In this document: piece by piece, positions 18,313-30,006 of the stretch
Layout: each line of letters opens with the position of its first letter
Position numbering within the stretch: the stretch's first letter is position 1
From: Blochmannia endosymbiont of Camponotus nipponensis
GTDB lineage: Bacteria > Pseudomonadota > Gammaproteobacteria > Enterobacterales > Enterobacteriaceae
Direction of reading: 5' to 3'
Assembly: GCF_009827135.1 (NCBI RefSeq)
Contig: NZ_CP046534.1
Coordinates: 30,001-62,000 of the forward strand
Length of the DNA: 32,000 bases
Translations under genes and position numbers: made by a program
Notes under the pieces: generated by a model
Seen by the model: only the letters and a program-made list of their open reading frames with translations
What the model was told of the DNA's origin: nothing
Databases searched by the model: none

Positions 18313-20676
18313 TCATATTAATGATGATGCAGGTGTTATTTCGGAATGAAACGGGATGTTTTGTAAAGCTAATATTAAAACTTCATCTATTTGTTTTACT
18401 GGATGAATCTCTAAATTATTAACTACAATAGCAGGCATATCTTCTAAGTCACGTTTATTTTCATACGGTATTAAAACTGTTTTAATACCTCCTCGATGTG
18501 CTGCTAATAATTTTTCTTTTAAACCACCAATCGGCAATATTTGTCCTCGTAAAGTTATTTCTCCTGTCATAGCTACACTCGCTTTAACCGAATTTCCTGT
18601 TAAACAAGACACTAAAGCAGTACACATAGCAATTCCAGCGCTCGGTCCATCTTTTGGAGTAGCTCCCTCCGGCACATGAACATGAATATCTTTTTTCTCA
18701 TAAAAATCAGTATTAATTCCTAGTTTATTTGCACGCGCCCGCACTACAGTTAATGCAGCTTGAATAGACTCTTGCATAACTTCACCTAATGAACCAGTGT
18801 AAGTTAATTTACCCTTTCCAGGAACACAAGCAGTTTCAATAGTTAAAAGATCTCCTCCTACCTCAGTCCAAGCTAACCCAGTAACTTGTCCAACACGATT
18901 TTCTAAATCTGCATGACTACAATCATAACGTCGAACACCAAGGAAATCTTTTAAATTATTTTCATCAACGATGAAATGTTTTATTTCTTTATTCATTAGT
19001 AGCATTTTTACCGTTTTACGGCATAACTTAGAAATTTCGCGTTCTAAATTACGTACTCCAGCTTCACGTGTATAATATCGAATAATACCTATTAAAGCGT
19101 CATCCTGAATAGTTAATTCTCCCGGCTTTAAAGCATTACGCTCTATTTGTTTAGTGAATAAATGCTGTCGTGCTATGTTTAATTTTTCATCCTCAGTATA
19201 TCCAGATAAACGTATTACCTCCATGCGATCTAATAAAGGACTGGGAATATCCATCGAATTAGAGGTAGCAAGAAACATAACATCAGATAAATCATAATCT
19301 ATTTCTAAATAATGATCATTAAAAGCAGTATTCTGTTCTGGATCCAATACTTCTAACAAAGCAGCAGCTGGATCCCCACGCATATCTAAAGACATCTTAT
19401 CTATTTCATCTAACAAAAATAACGGATTCCTTACACCAACTTTAGACATCTTTTGTATAAGTTTTCCAGGCATAGATCCAATATAAGTACGACGATGACC
19501 TCTAATTTCAGCTTCATCACGCATACCACCTAAAGCCATGCGTACATATCTACGTCCAGTAGCTTTAGCAATAGATTGTCCTAGTGATGTCTTACCCACT
19601 CCAGGAGGACCCACTAAACATAAAATAGGTCCTTTAATTTTATTTATTCTATTTTGTACAGCTAAATATTCTAAAATACGATCTTTAACACGCTCTAATC
19701 CATAATGATCCTTATCCAGACTTTCTTGAGCTTTAAGTAAATCTTTTTTCATTTTACTTCTTGCATGCCAAGGAACTGATAATATCCAATCTATATATCC
19801 ACGCACTACAGTGGCTTCCGCAGACATAGGAGACATCATTTTTAACTTTTGCCATTCTGATTCTACTTTTTTTCGTGCTTCTTTAGGCATTTTAGCTGAT
19901 TCTATTTTACGTTTAAGAGATTCATTTTCATCAATAACGTCATCAAGCTCTCCCAATTCCTTTTGTATAGCCTTCATTTGTTCATTTAAATAATACTCAC
20001 GTTGACTTTTTTCCATTTGTTTTTTTACACGATTACGAATACGTCTTTCAACTTGTAATAATTCAATTTCTGACTCTATTATAGCTATTAAATATTCCAG
20101 ACGTTCTGTAACATCTGACATTTCTAAAATAGATTGTTTATTATTTAATTTAAGTGGCATATGAGCAGCTATAGTGTCAGCAAGTCGATCTGCATCATCA
20201 ACATTATTCAAGGATGTTAAAACCTCAGGAGGTATTTTTTTGTTAAGCTTGAGATATCCTTCAAATTGATTAATAACAGCACGCATTAAGATTTCTTGCT
20301 CACGTTTATCTAATTCTTTAGGATGAAAAGAATTTGCGTTAGCTTTAAAATGATTTCCAGTATCCGTTAATTCAATAATACGAGCTCGCATTAACCCTTC
20401 TACTAATACTTTAACTGTACCATCTGGTAATTTAAGCATTTGTAAAATTATGGATATTGTTCCAACTAAAAATAAATCATTAACACCCGGTTCATCGGTT
20501 GAGGCTTCTTTTTGGGCCACCAACATAATTTTTTTATCACCATTCATAGCTGATTCAAGACAGCGAATTGATTTATCCCGACCAACAAACAATGGAATTA
20601 CCATATGTGGATATACTACTACATCACGTAGAGGCAATACAGGTATTTCTATACATTCAGGTTGCTCAGTATTCAT
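18313..20676 (-). CDS. lon: ATP-dependent Lon protease
   Basis: 787 aa and very close to E. coli Lon (IEIPVLPLRDVVVYPHMVIPLFVGR..., Walker A GPPGVGKTS, catalytic PKDGPSAG). Confidence 0.97.
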   Translation of the reverse strand: MNTEQPECIEIPVLPLRDVVVYPHMVIPLFVGRDKSIRCLESAMNGDKKIMLVAQKEASTDEPGVNDLFLVGTISIILQMLKLPDGTVKVLVEGLMRARIIELTDTGNHFKANANSFHPKELDKREQEILMRAVINQFEGYLKLNKKIPPEVLTSLNNVDDADRLADTIAAHMPLKLNNKQSILEMSDVTERLEYLIAIIESEIELLQVERRIRNRVKKQMEKSQREYYLNEQMKAIQKELGELDDVIDENESLKRKIESAKMPKEARKKVESEWQKLKMMSPMSAEATVVRGYIDWILSVPWHARSKMKKDLLKAQESLDKDHYGLERVKDRILEYLAVQNRINKIKGPILCLVGPPGVGKTSLGQSIAKATGRRYVRMALGGMRDEAEIRGHRRTYIGSMPGKLIQKMSKVGVRNPLFLLDEIDKMSLDMRGDPAAALLEVLDPEQNTAFNDHYLEIDYDLSDVMFLATSNSMDIPSPLLDRMEVIRLSGYTEDEKLNIARQHLFTKQIERNALKPGELTIQDDALIGIIRYYTREAGVRNLEREISKLCRKTVKMLLMNKEIKHFIVDENNLKDFLGVRRYDCSHADLENRVGQVTGLAWTEVGGDLLTIETACVPGKGKLTYTGSLGEVMQESIQAALTVVRARANKLGINTDFYEKKDIHVHVPEGATPKDGPSAGIAMCTALVSCLTGNSVKASVAMTGEITLRGQILPIGGLKEKLLAAHRGGIKTVLIPYENKRDLEDMPAIVVNNLEIHPVKQIDEVLILALQNIPFHSEITPASSLI

Positions 20677-20760
20677 AGAGCCATCTCTCTTGGTTATAAC
20701 TTCTCGGAGTATAACATTTAAATATACAGCTCGTCATTTTTAATGATCAGACGTTTAAAG

Positions 20761-20788
20761 ATATGGGGACAAATTAATTATATTCAAT
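20761..20788 (-). promoter_or_regulatory. Sigma32 (heat-shock) promoter of lon
   Basis: Minus strand aTTGAAT-N13-CCCCATAT against the consensus CTTGAA-N13/14-CCCCATNT. The -10 ends 84 nt upstream of the lon ATG. A C4 run is very unusual in these AT-rich spacers. Confidence 0.7.
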
Positions 20789-22112
20789 ATTGAACATGCG
20801 AAAAGAAAAATAAATAATTATTTATTGATGAATTTATGTATCATGTTATATTTATTAAATTTTAATTATTTTAAAAATCTATTCTTTCAAAAAATAAAAA
20901 TTTTGATCTTAAAAATTATTTAAACATATTTAAATATGCTTAGTATTTTTAGAGTTTACATTAAAATTAAATATTTACATTTATTATAATCAAAATATTA
21001 AATATTTATTTTTTAAATCTGATTATTTATTTTATTAACAGTGTATTAATATGATAAACACTACATGTTTATCATACCTTTCATATTTACGTCATTAATT
21101 CTTTTAAAGAATTTAAATTTTTATTTAAAAAATAAATATATAACTAATATAAATAAACATTGTTTTATTCTATATAAATAACAAAGACCATGTTCAGCAA
21201 TAATATAATGGGTTTTTAGTATCATTCCTTACAAAAAAAATTTTCATAAATTTTTAAATTATATTAAAAATATAAAAATAATAACAATTAATTAAAAATT
21301 AATTGTTTAACTATTTGCAATAATAAAATGCTTTACCTATATTGAAATATATAACACTTGAAGGTATATCATACTATTTATTCAAAAATTTAGATATAAC
21401 TATTTCGTGCATATAATTATATATAATCAAATGATTGTAAAAAAAGCATACTTCAATATATTTTTATTAATATTATTAGTTGTGATAGTCTTGTCTGAAT
21501 ATATAAATTATATAGACCACTCCAATATATACAATCAATGTATTATTATATATAGAATAAAAATATTATTCATCTTTCAAATACTCTATGCATACTCTCA
21601 TCATAAAAATATAAAAATACTATTGTTATCAATACTTTTTAAGTATATCACTTATAACTAAATAATTAAAAATAATAATCTTTTCAATTGAAACAATATT
21701 ATTTACTTAAAAATATCTACATTGAAAGAAACAATATCTAAATGTTTTTTTAGTGATCGAAATACACATTCATTTACCTAATGGTATTACAAGTTAATAC
21801 CATATTATTTATTAATACTTTAATCAAAATGAAAGACATGAATAGAGCTATGTAAATTACTACAAACATCAATTTATCAACTTGCAGTACTCACACACTC
21901 CAATAACATAAATACTAATTATCAATATCCTTCATATAAAATATGAATTTGTATCTAAATAATAACTACATTAAAAACAAAAATAACACACCTAAAACTA
22001 TAAACAATCATTATATATTAACATAATCATTTGCAAACACATGTATCTATACAACATAGATTGTTATAATTTCAAGCAATCCTGTTCATGAAAAATACAC
22101 TTCATTATTATT

Positions 22113-23453
22113 TTAAGTTCCTGCTATCTGCATAGAAGATATTAAAACAGATCCACAATGAATATGTCCACGTGTTTCAATATCACATCCTATAGAATCA
22201 ATGTTACAAAACATTTCTTTTAAATTTCCAGCGATAGCAATTTCATTGACTGGATATTGGATAATACCGTTTTCCACCCAAAAACCAGATACCCCTCGTG
22301 AATAATCCCCAGTGGTAATATTGATTCCCTGTCCCATTATACTAGTAACAATAAGCCCTCGATGCATATTTCTTATTAATTCCATAAAACTTAAGTCTTT
22401 ATGACTAATATACCAATTATAAATACCATCAGCATGCCCGGTACTTTTAAGCCCTATTTTACGAGCAGAATAACTATTTAAAATCCAACCATTTAATATA
22501 CCATCTTCTATAATAGTACGATTTAGAGTGCTTACCCCTTCGCTGTCAAATGGAGCTGAGCCTAATCCTTTTAATATATGTGGCCTTTCTTTAATCGATA
22601 CCCAAGAAGGGAAAATTTTTTTATTCAAATCATTTAGTAAAAACGTAGATTTATGGCACACATTATCTCCATGAATAGCATTTGCTAAATGGTGAAACAA
22701 ACTTGTGGCTACTTCAGCTGAAAACAATACTGGAGATTCCATTGTTTTTATTTTCTTTGGATTTAAATGATCTAATACCCGTCGAGCACATTCTTGACCA
22801 ACCCACTTCGGCGAATGTAAATCATGAAATGTACGACTTAATGTATATGCATAATTTTGTTCCATAATATCATTGCTTGCGGCAACCACGCTACAAGATA
22901 AAGAATACTGACTACTAGTATAGCTTTGTAGCATACCGTGACTATTCCCAAATACTCTAGTAGTAAAATGACTGTTAAATCTACCCCCTTCAGTAGAAAT
23001 TATACGTTTATCATATTGTAATGCCGTTTGTTCTGCTGTAGATGCCAACGTTACCCCTATTTTAGTATCTAAATTAATAGGGTGAAATAAGTCAAGATTC
23101 ATAGCATCGAATGCTAATAACTCTTTATCGGCAATACCGGCATATGGATCTGGAGAGGTATAAGACGCTATATCTGCTGCAGCCTCAACAGTACGAATTA
23201 TAGCTCTCTCATGTAAATCGTTCGAAAAAGCATTACCTTTTCTTTTTTTACGCAATATAGTTATATCTAAGGCACCATGATCATTAAATTCTACATTCTC
23301 AAGTTTCCCGTAACGAGTGCTGACGATAATTCCTGTAGTTTTAATTACTGAAACTGCTACTTCATTCGAATATGCATGCGCTAGTTGTAATGCTTGATTT
23401 ACTATATTTTCTAAAAAATTACGTTGCTGCATCATGTGATGTATTTCATTCAT
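22113..23453 (-). CDS. pmbA: Metalloprotease partner PmbA (TldE)
   Basis: 446 aa. Blocks [32 protein letters not shown] and [26 protein letters not shown] are as in E. coli PmbA. G-rich SD (GGGGGGAAG) directly upstream. Confidence 0.93.
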   Translation of the reverse strand: MNEIHHMMQQRNFLENIVNQALQLAHAYSNEVAVSVIKTTGIIVSTRYGKLENVEFNDHGALDITILRKKRKGNAFSNDLHERAIIRTVEAAADIASYTSPDPYAGIADKELLAFDAMNLDLFHPINLDTKIGVTLASTAEQTALQYDKRIISTEGGRFNSHFTTRVFGNSHGMLQSYTSSQYSLSCSVVAASNDIMEQNYAYTLSRTFHDLHSPKWVGQECARRVLDHLNPKKIKTMESPVLFSAEVATSLFHHLANAIHGDNVCHKSTFLLNDLNKKIFPSWVSIKERPHILKGLGSAPFDSEGVSTLNRTIIEDGILNGWILNSYSARKIGLKSTGHADGIYNWYISHKDLSFMELIRNMHRGLIVTSIMGQGINITTGDYSRGVSGFWVENGIIQYPVNEIAIAGNLKEMFCNIDSIGCDIETRGHIHCGSVLISSMQIAGT

Positions 23454-23864
23454 CTTCCCCCCTATAACAAAGATTTCAGTAGATTATATTAATATTTCAA
23501 CAAATAATATTATGTTGTATGTATTACTATATAAAATAAAACATTTTAAATTAATTATACACTGCATCAATAAAATTTTATCAAATACTCTGCTTCTTCA
23601 ACTAATAATATCAGCAAATATAATAACATCAAAAATAATATTTCACGATGTGCAAAAATTAAAAATGAAAATAAAATTTTATAAAATATATACACTGCAA
23701 CCGGAGTAAATATATAAAATATAATGAAATATTATAGACAAAACCATAATATACACATACTTATATACACATTAGAAATTTAAACAAACAACTATCAAAT
23801 CATCATATTTGATGATACTATTATTATTTAATACTATATTGAATATGGAATATATACACATGAA

Positions 23865-25340
23865 TTAATTGGTACCTCCAACGGTAATATTATTTAATTT
23901 TATTGTCGGTTGACCAACACTAACTGGTATACTTTGCCCATTTTTTATGCAGGTTCCTATACCTTTATCTAAAGATAAGTCATTGCCCACCATAGAAATA
24001 CTCTGCATTATTTCGATCCCTGATCCTATTAGGGTAGCTCCTTTTATAGATTTGGTGATACGTCCTTTTTCTATCAAGAAAGCTTCAGATGCAGAAAAAA
24101 CAAATTTACCTGAAGTAATATCTACCTGACCACCATTAAAATTTGCAGCATATACACCATAATCTACACTATCAATAATTTCTTCTGGTGTCGATTGACC
24201 AGCCAACATATAAGTATTAGTCATACGCGGCATAGGTAAAGTGGCATAGGATTCACGTCTACCATTTCCCGTTGAAACAGATCCCATTAATTTAGCATTT
24301 AATTTATCTTGCATATATCCTTGTAAAATACCATTTTTAATTAAAATATTATATTGCCCCGGCACACCTTCATCATCAATAGATAACGATCCACGTGATC
24401 CTTTTAGTGTGGCATCATCTACTATTGTACATAATTCAGAAGCTACTACCTGTCCAATTTTATTAGAAAATACCGAACTACCTCGTCTATTAAAATCTCC
24501 TTCTAGACCATGGCCTACCGCTTCATGTAACAAAATACCGGGCCAACCTGATCCCAAAACCACCGTCATAGTTCCTGCAGGAGCCGCTATAGCCTCAAGA
24601 TTAACCAGACTCATTCTAACAGCATCTTTAGCCCAACAATCAGCTCGAATTTCCCCCTCGATGATAGTATCTAAGAAAAAATCATATCCAAATCGTCCCC
24701 CACCACCACTCATTCCTTGTTCTCTTTTTCCATTTTGTTCTACTTGAACTAATATAGACAAACGTACTAACGGCCTAATATCTGCAACTAAAGTACCATC
24801 TGTAGCTGCTATCAAGATTTGTTCATAAACACCTGACAAATTAGCATTAACTTTGTGTACTCTAGAATCAGCATTACGTGCTATTTTATCTATTCTCATT
24901 AATAATCCAATTTTTTCTTCTTTAGATATGCTAGACAATGGATTCACGTAAGAATACACAGAAGGACAGGAATGTTGATGAGTGAAATAAGAATATTTAG
25001 GACTAATAGATCCCACAGTAACATTACAATGACGCTCACTCGTAATACTAGTAGCAGCCGTCATGCTATGTATCAAAGCATCTAGAGTTAATTGATCAGT
25101 GTAAGCAAATCCAGTTTGTTCACCCGTGACTACTCGCACACCAGCACCTTGATCTATAGTGTAAGACCCAGATTTAATAATACTATCTTCAAGAGCCCAT
25201 GTTTCATGAAAACACGACTGAAAATAAAGATCTGCATAATCTATGTGGAATTTTTCTGTCATATCTAATAAATATAAAAGATCATTACGTTGCAGTTTAT
25301 TAGCTGTAAGTAATTGTTCACTAACAAAATCTAAGTTCAT
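23865..25340 (-). CDS. tldD: Metalloprotease TldD
   Basis: 491 aa. HExxxH zinc motif in [18 protein letters not shown], and a TldD/PmbA fold C-terminus. SD AGAGG 4 nt before the ATG. Confidence 0.93.
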   Translation of the reverse strand: MNLDFVSEQLLTANKLQRNDLLYLLDMTEKFHIDYADLYFQSCFHETWALEDSIIKSGSYTIDQGAGVRVVTGEQTGFAYTDQLTLDALIHSMTAATSITSERHCNVTVGSISPKYSYFTHQHSCPSVYSYVNPLSSISKEEKIGLLMRIDKIARNADSRVHKVNANLSGVYEQILIAATDGTLVADIRPLVRLSILVQVEQNGKREQGMSGGGGRFGYDFFLDTIIEGEIRADCWAKDAVRMSLVNLEAIAAPAGTMTVVLGSGWPGILLHEAVGHGLEGDFNRRGSSVFSNKIGQVVASELCTIVDDATLKGSRGSLSIDDEGVPGQYNILIKNGILQGYMQDKLNAKLMGSVSTGNGRRESYATLPMPRMTNTYMLAGQSTPEEIIDSVDYGVYAANFNGGQVDITSGKFVFSASEAFLIEKGRITKSIKGATLIGSGIEIMQSISMVGNDLSLDKGIGTCIKNGQSIPVSVGQPTIKLNNITVGGTN

Positions 25341-25851
25341 ATAACCTCTATCTACGCTATTACATTATATATTAAAAATATATAATTTATTTATATTCAT
25401 ATCAACAATTATATATTTTTCTGATAAATTTTACATATTTTTTAAATGCGCGTTTTAAACAGCCTGTATATTTAATGTAATCTATATACTACAATCGTAG
25501 TTATTAAATACACTAATGTTAGATCAATTTGTGAATTTTAATATTTTTAAAAACACATTAATTTATTTTTAATCTACTTTATTGATAAATTTAGATAACT
25601 TTTTAACAATTTTATATCTTTTATTATAACTAATAATTATATTAACTGATATTTATCATATATTATAATTAATAAAAAATCCTACATTCATCAATTTTAT
25701 AAACTGTTTCATTTTCTAAAAAATGTAACATTTGATTATCAGTAATATTAATATAGTAATTAATATATATAATTAAATATATTTAAATTTATTTAACCGA
25801 AATAATGACATGATAAAAATCATTATTGTCAGTTTTCTTATAAATTATTAA

Positions 25852-26331
25852 TTAATTTCGAGGAATTTTATTCATTAAAATCACTAAAAATGGCCATGAT
25901 CCGCCATCTAACAAACAATTCAAAAATATTTCTGGTGTACATAAAATATTAGTTACTAAAAAATTCACTAAATATGTAATACATTGATTAATGAAAGAAA
26001 AAAATATGATAATACAAGACTGTCTCCACAGCGGCATATATCTAAAAAAATAAATATTTCGTGTTGCTAAATAAGCAAGTACGCTTAAAGATAAAGAGTG
26101 CATTCCTAAAGTAGAACCTAATATAATATCCGTTATCAATCCTAAGATAAATCCTGTACCGACATTTACTTGATTAGGAATTATTGTTATCCAATGTACT
26201 AATAATATCATAATCCAAAATGGATGAACATTCCATGTTCTTGGGCATAGAGGCACAATCTGTAATATAACTGCAAACACAAAGGAACTATATATTATCC
26301 ACCGCTTATAATTATAAAATTTATTATACAT
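25852..26331 (-). CDS. mreD: Rod shape-determining protein MreD
   Basis: 159 aa with 5 TM segments. The VNVGTGF..G...D...GS.LG block is as in E. coli MreD. Immediately downstream of mreC. Confidence 0.88.
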   Translation of the reverse strand: MYNKFYNYKRWIIYSSFVFAVILQIVPLCPRTWNVHPFWIMILLVHWITIIPNQVNVGTGFILGLITDIILGSTLGMHSLSLSVLAYLATRNIYFFRYMPLWRQSCIIIFFSFINQCITYLVNFLVTNILCTPEIFLNCLLDGGSWPFLVILMNKIPRN

Positions 26332-26392
26332 TTTTATAAATTATTTTTATTTTAATAATAATGCAATAAATAAATTATTTTTAATTTCATTA

Positions 26393-27208
26393 CTATTCCC
26401 AAATTAAAACTGCATAACATATACACTGTAATTTAACTATTGGATGCGCTTGAACGACAGTACGATCTTCTTCTAAGTCTAATATTATATTAGATACTGT
26501 TGCTACTGGATATCCTTCTGGAAAACGGCCATCTAATCCAGATGTTACCAACATATCGCCAATAGATACATCTAGTTTCCCTGGATATTCTGCACGTAAA
26601 TCTGCATTACACCCGCAACCCATTAAAATCAGACGCATACTGTTACGCTTTATTTGCACAGATAAAGCATGTTCAGGGTCGCAAATTAACATAACACGAC
26701 TACTAATCATATTAGTTGAAATTACTTGTCCTATTATGCCTGCATCAGTAATAACTGGTTGACCAACATAAACATCATTATTTTTTCCTCGATTGATAAT
26801 AATTTTGTTACCATATAAATCTGCGTTAACAAAAAGAATTCTAGTAATCATTTTTCTTCTGTTATAACACAAAGGGGAATTAAGTAACTCACGTAATTTA
26901 AAATTTTCGTGCTTATATTGGTCTATTAATAATAATTCACTGTTCTTTAACAACAACTCTTGACGTAATGTATTAGTTTCTAATACTAATTTATCATATC
27001 CTTTTAACATCATCGAAACATAACTTAATATATAACGAGGTCTATCACATAGATAATAAAACAAACAAATAGAATTTTCTATATAACTTCTTAATTTTAG
27101 AAACATATTCAATTTTCCATCAGCGATAATAATAATAATGGACATTATTATCGATAAAAACAAACGTAATTCTAAGTAAGGAAATTTACTGCTTATAACA
27201 CTACACAT
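26393..27208 (-). CDS. mreC: Rod shape-determining protein MreC (lacks the long C-terminal tail of E. coli MreC)
   Basis: 271 aa. LRQELLLKNSELL, KLRELL.SPL, GQPVI.D.G..GQV and TSGLDGRFPEGYPVA match E. coli MreC. It ends right after the ...LIW block. Confidence 0.9.
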   Translation of the reverse strand: MCSVISSKFPYLELRLFLSIIMSIIIIIADGKLNMFLKLRSYIENSICLFYYLCDRPRYILSYVSMMLKGYDKLVLETNTLRQELLLKNSELLLIDQYKHENFKLRELLNSPLCYNRRKMITRILFVNADLYGNKIIINRGKNNDVYVGQPVITDAGIIGQVISTNMISSRVMLICDPEHALSVQIKRNSMRLILMGCGCNADLRAEYPGKLDVSIGDMLVTSGLDGRFPEGYPVATVSNIILDLEEDRTVVQAHPIVKLQCICYAVLIWE

Positions 27209-27327
27209 AAGAAGGTACCTTGAATTTAATAATATCCATTAAATATTCCACAAAAGGGATATATTTTAACTCATTTAACGTTATCAACTTGCCATATATC
27301 AATTATTCTATAATGCTTTTATCGAAA

Positions 27328-28430
<1,103 letters not shown>

Positions 28431-29057
28431 AAAGAATGATAAAAACAACATTCACACAATGTCACCACTAAATATATTTTTCAATGACTATGTTTTAAAT
28501 ATTGCTATATTATTTTGTGTTTAATTTTAAATTAGCAGTTAAATGCTAATTATATCTAAGCAATCTACATCATATATAATATGTAATATATCTACATGAT
28601 ATATATAATCACTACGAATATTGTAAATTCATACTATGTAATATTTACTATAACATATAATATTTTTTATACTTTCGCTATACTTAGAGGAAAATATAAA
28701 CCACATATATATGTATTGAAAAATATTACAACTTAATATTATAATAACAATGTTTGAAACATAAATTGTTTATCACATTAATCATCACATAAACATTATT
28801 TTGCCTAACAAAAAGTTAAAAACAACAATACACTAATTTAGTGGTTAGCATCATGGATTCGTTGTAATCATATAATGATATATATATTATATTAATCATT
28901 TCAACAATAACATTGCAATAAAATACACCATAAATACTAAAAAATATTTTTTTTGTTACATGATACGGATAACACATATTAAATATTAAACAAAATATAT
29001 ATATGAGAATTATGATGATATACTGCGCGTTGAATTCTAATGAGGATATTTAAGATC

Positions 29058-29522
29058 ATGATAAATACATTTCATATTTTATTGATGAATGGCCCTAACT
29101 TAAATTTATTAGGCACACGTGAACCCCATATATATGGATATGAAACTTTATCTGATATTGTAGTAAACTTATATAAAACATCTGAATCTTTAGGTATGAA
29201 AATAAATCATTTTCAATCCAACGCAGAACATGAATTAATTAATTGCGTGCATAAAAATCGCAAAAATACAGATTTTATCATTATTAATCCTGCAGCTTTT
29301 ACTCATACCAGCGTAGCATTAAGAGATGCATTTTTAGCTGTAAACATTTCTTTCATTGAAGTTCATCTTTCTAACATCTATAAAAGAGAAAAGTTTCGAT
29401 ATCGTTCATATTTATCTGATATTGCCCTTGGTGTTATTTGTGGATTTGGAGCACACGGATACCATTTTGCTTTGCACATGGCACATAAATATTTATCCAA
29501 AAAATTAACCAATAACAAATAA
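29058..29522 (+). CDS. aroQ: 3-dehydroquinate dehydratase, type II
   Basis: Contains [16 protein letters not shown] and [15 protein letters not shown]. The ATG at 29058 ([14 protein letters not shown]) has GAGGA 11 nt upstream and fits typical AroQ length. The ORF-track start at 29040 overlaps that SD. Confidence 0.92.
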   Translation: MINTFHILLMNGPNLNLLGTREPHIYGYETLSDIVVNLYKTSESLGMKINHFQSNAEHELINCVHKNRKNTDFIIINPAAFTHTSVALRDAFLAVNISFIEVHLSNIYKREKFRYRSYLSDIALGVICGFGAHGYHFALHMAHKYLSKKLTNNK

Positions 29523-29537
29523 ACATAGGTTTTTGTT

Positions 29538-29996
29538 ATGGATATTCGTAAAATAAAAAAATTAATTACATTAGTTGAAGAATCTACTATCTCTAAGCTA
29601 GAAATTTCTGAAGGAAACAAAATAATACGTATAATTCGTTCTACATCTCAAAAATTATCTCCTTTAACACAACGTGTACCTGTAACAAAAACGTCGGAAA
29701 TACCAGCATGTATTTCAAATGCAGAAATAACACGCTATGATAATGATAAATTAATAGATAGTGGACATGTTATACGTTCTCCTATGGTAGGTATTGTTTA
29801 TCTCAGCTCTAGTTCAGATTCTAATCCATTTGTATCAATAGGGCAAATAGTTAAAGTGGGAGATACTTTATGCATTGTTGAAGCCATGAAAGTTATGAAT
29901 CAAATTCAATCAGATAAATCAGGTACAATAAAAGCAATTTTAATTGATAACGGTCAACCAGTTGAATTTAACGAACCATTGCTTATCATTGAATAA
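29538..29996 (+). CDS. accB: Biotin carboxyl carrier protein of acetyl-CoA carboxylase
   Basis: 152 aa. Biotinylation motif [12 protein letters not shown] and the C-terminal [14 protein letters not shown] are as in E. coli AccB. Followed 10 nt later by accC. Confidence 0.95.
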   Translation: MDIRKIKKLITLVEESTISKLEISEGNKIIRIIRSTSQKLSPLTQRVPVTKTSEIPACISNAEITRYDNDKLIDSGHVIRSPMVGIVYLSSSSDSNPFVSIGQIVKVGDTLCIVEAMKVMNQIQSDKSGTIKAILIDNGQPVEFNEPLLIIE

Positions 29997-30006
29997 AGAG
30001 AACAAA

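Noticed and set aside
19811-20743. ORFs 19811..19993(+) and 20450..20743(+) antisense to lon
   Set aside because: These are shadow ORFs on the opposite strand of a very highly conserved gene. Their Ser/Ile-rich translations have no recognisable motif, SD or promoter.
21407-21661. 84-aa hydrophobic ORF (GTG start) in the lon-pmbA spacer; likewise 16773..16970(-), 18186..18422(+) and 23512..23709(+)
   Set aside because: Their composition (I, L, F, Y, N, K) is what random AT-rich DNA encodes. They have no SD, no conserved motif and non-ATG or context-free starts. 18186..18422 also overlaps the lon 3' end. Only transcript or peptide evidence, or conservation in relatives, would change this view.
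23947-24747. ORFs 23947..24129(+) and 24409..24747(+) antisense to tldD, and 22682..22867(+) antisense to pmbA
   Set aside because: These are antisense shadow frames of conserved genes. The 112-aa one is Pro/Ser-rich, as expected from reading a Gly/Arg-rich coding strand backwards.
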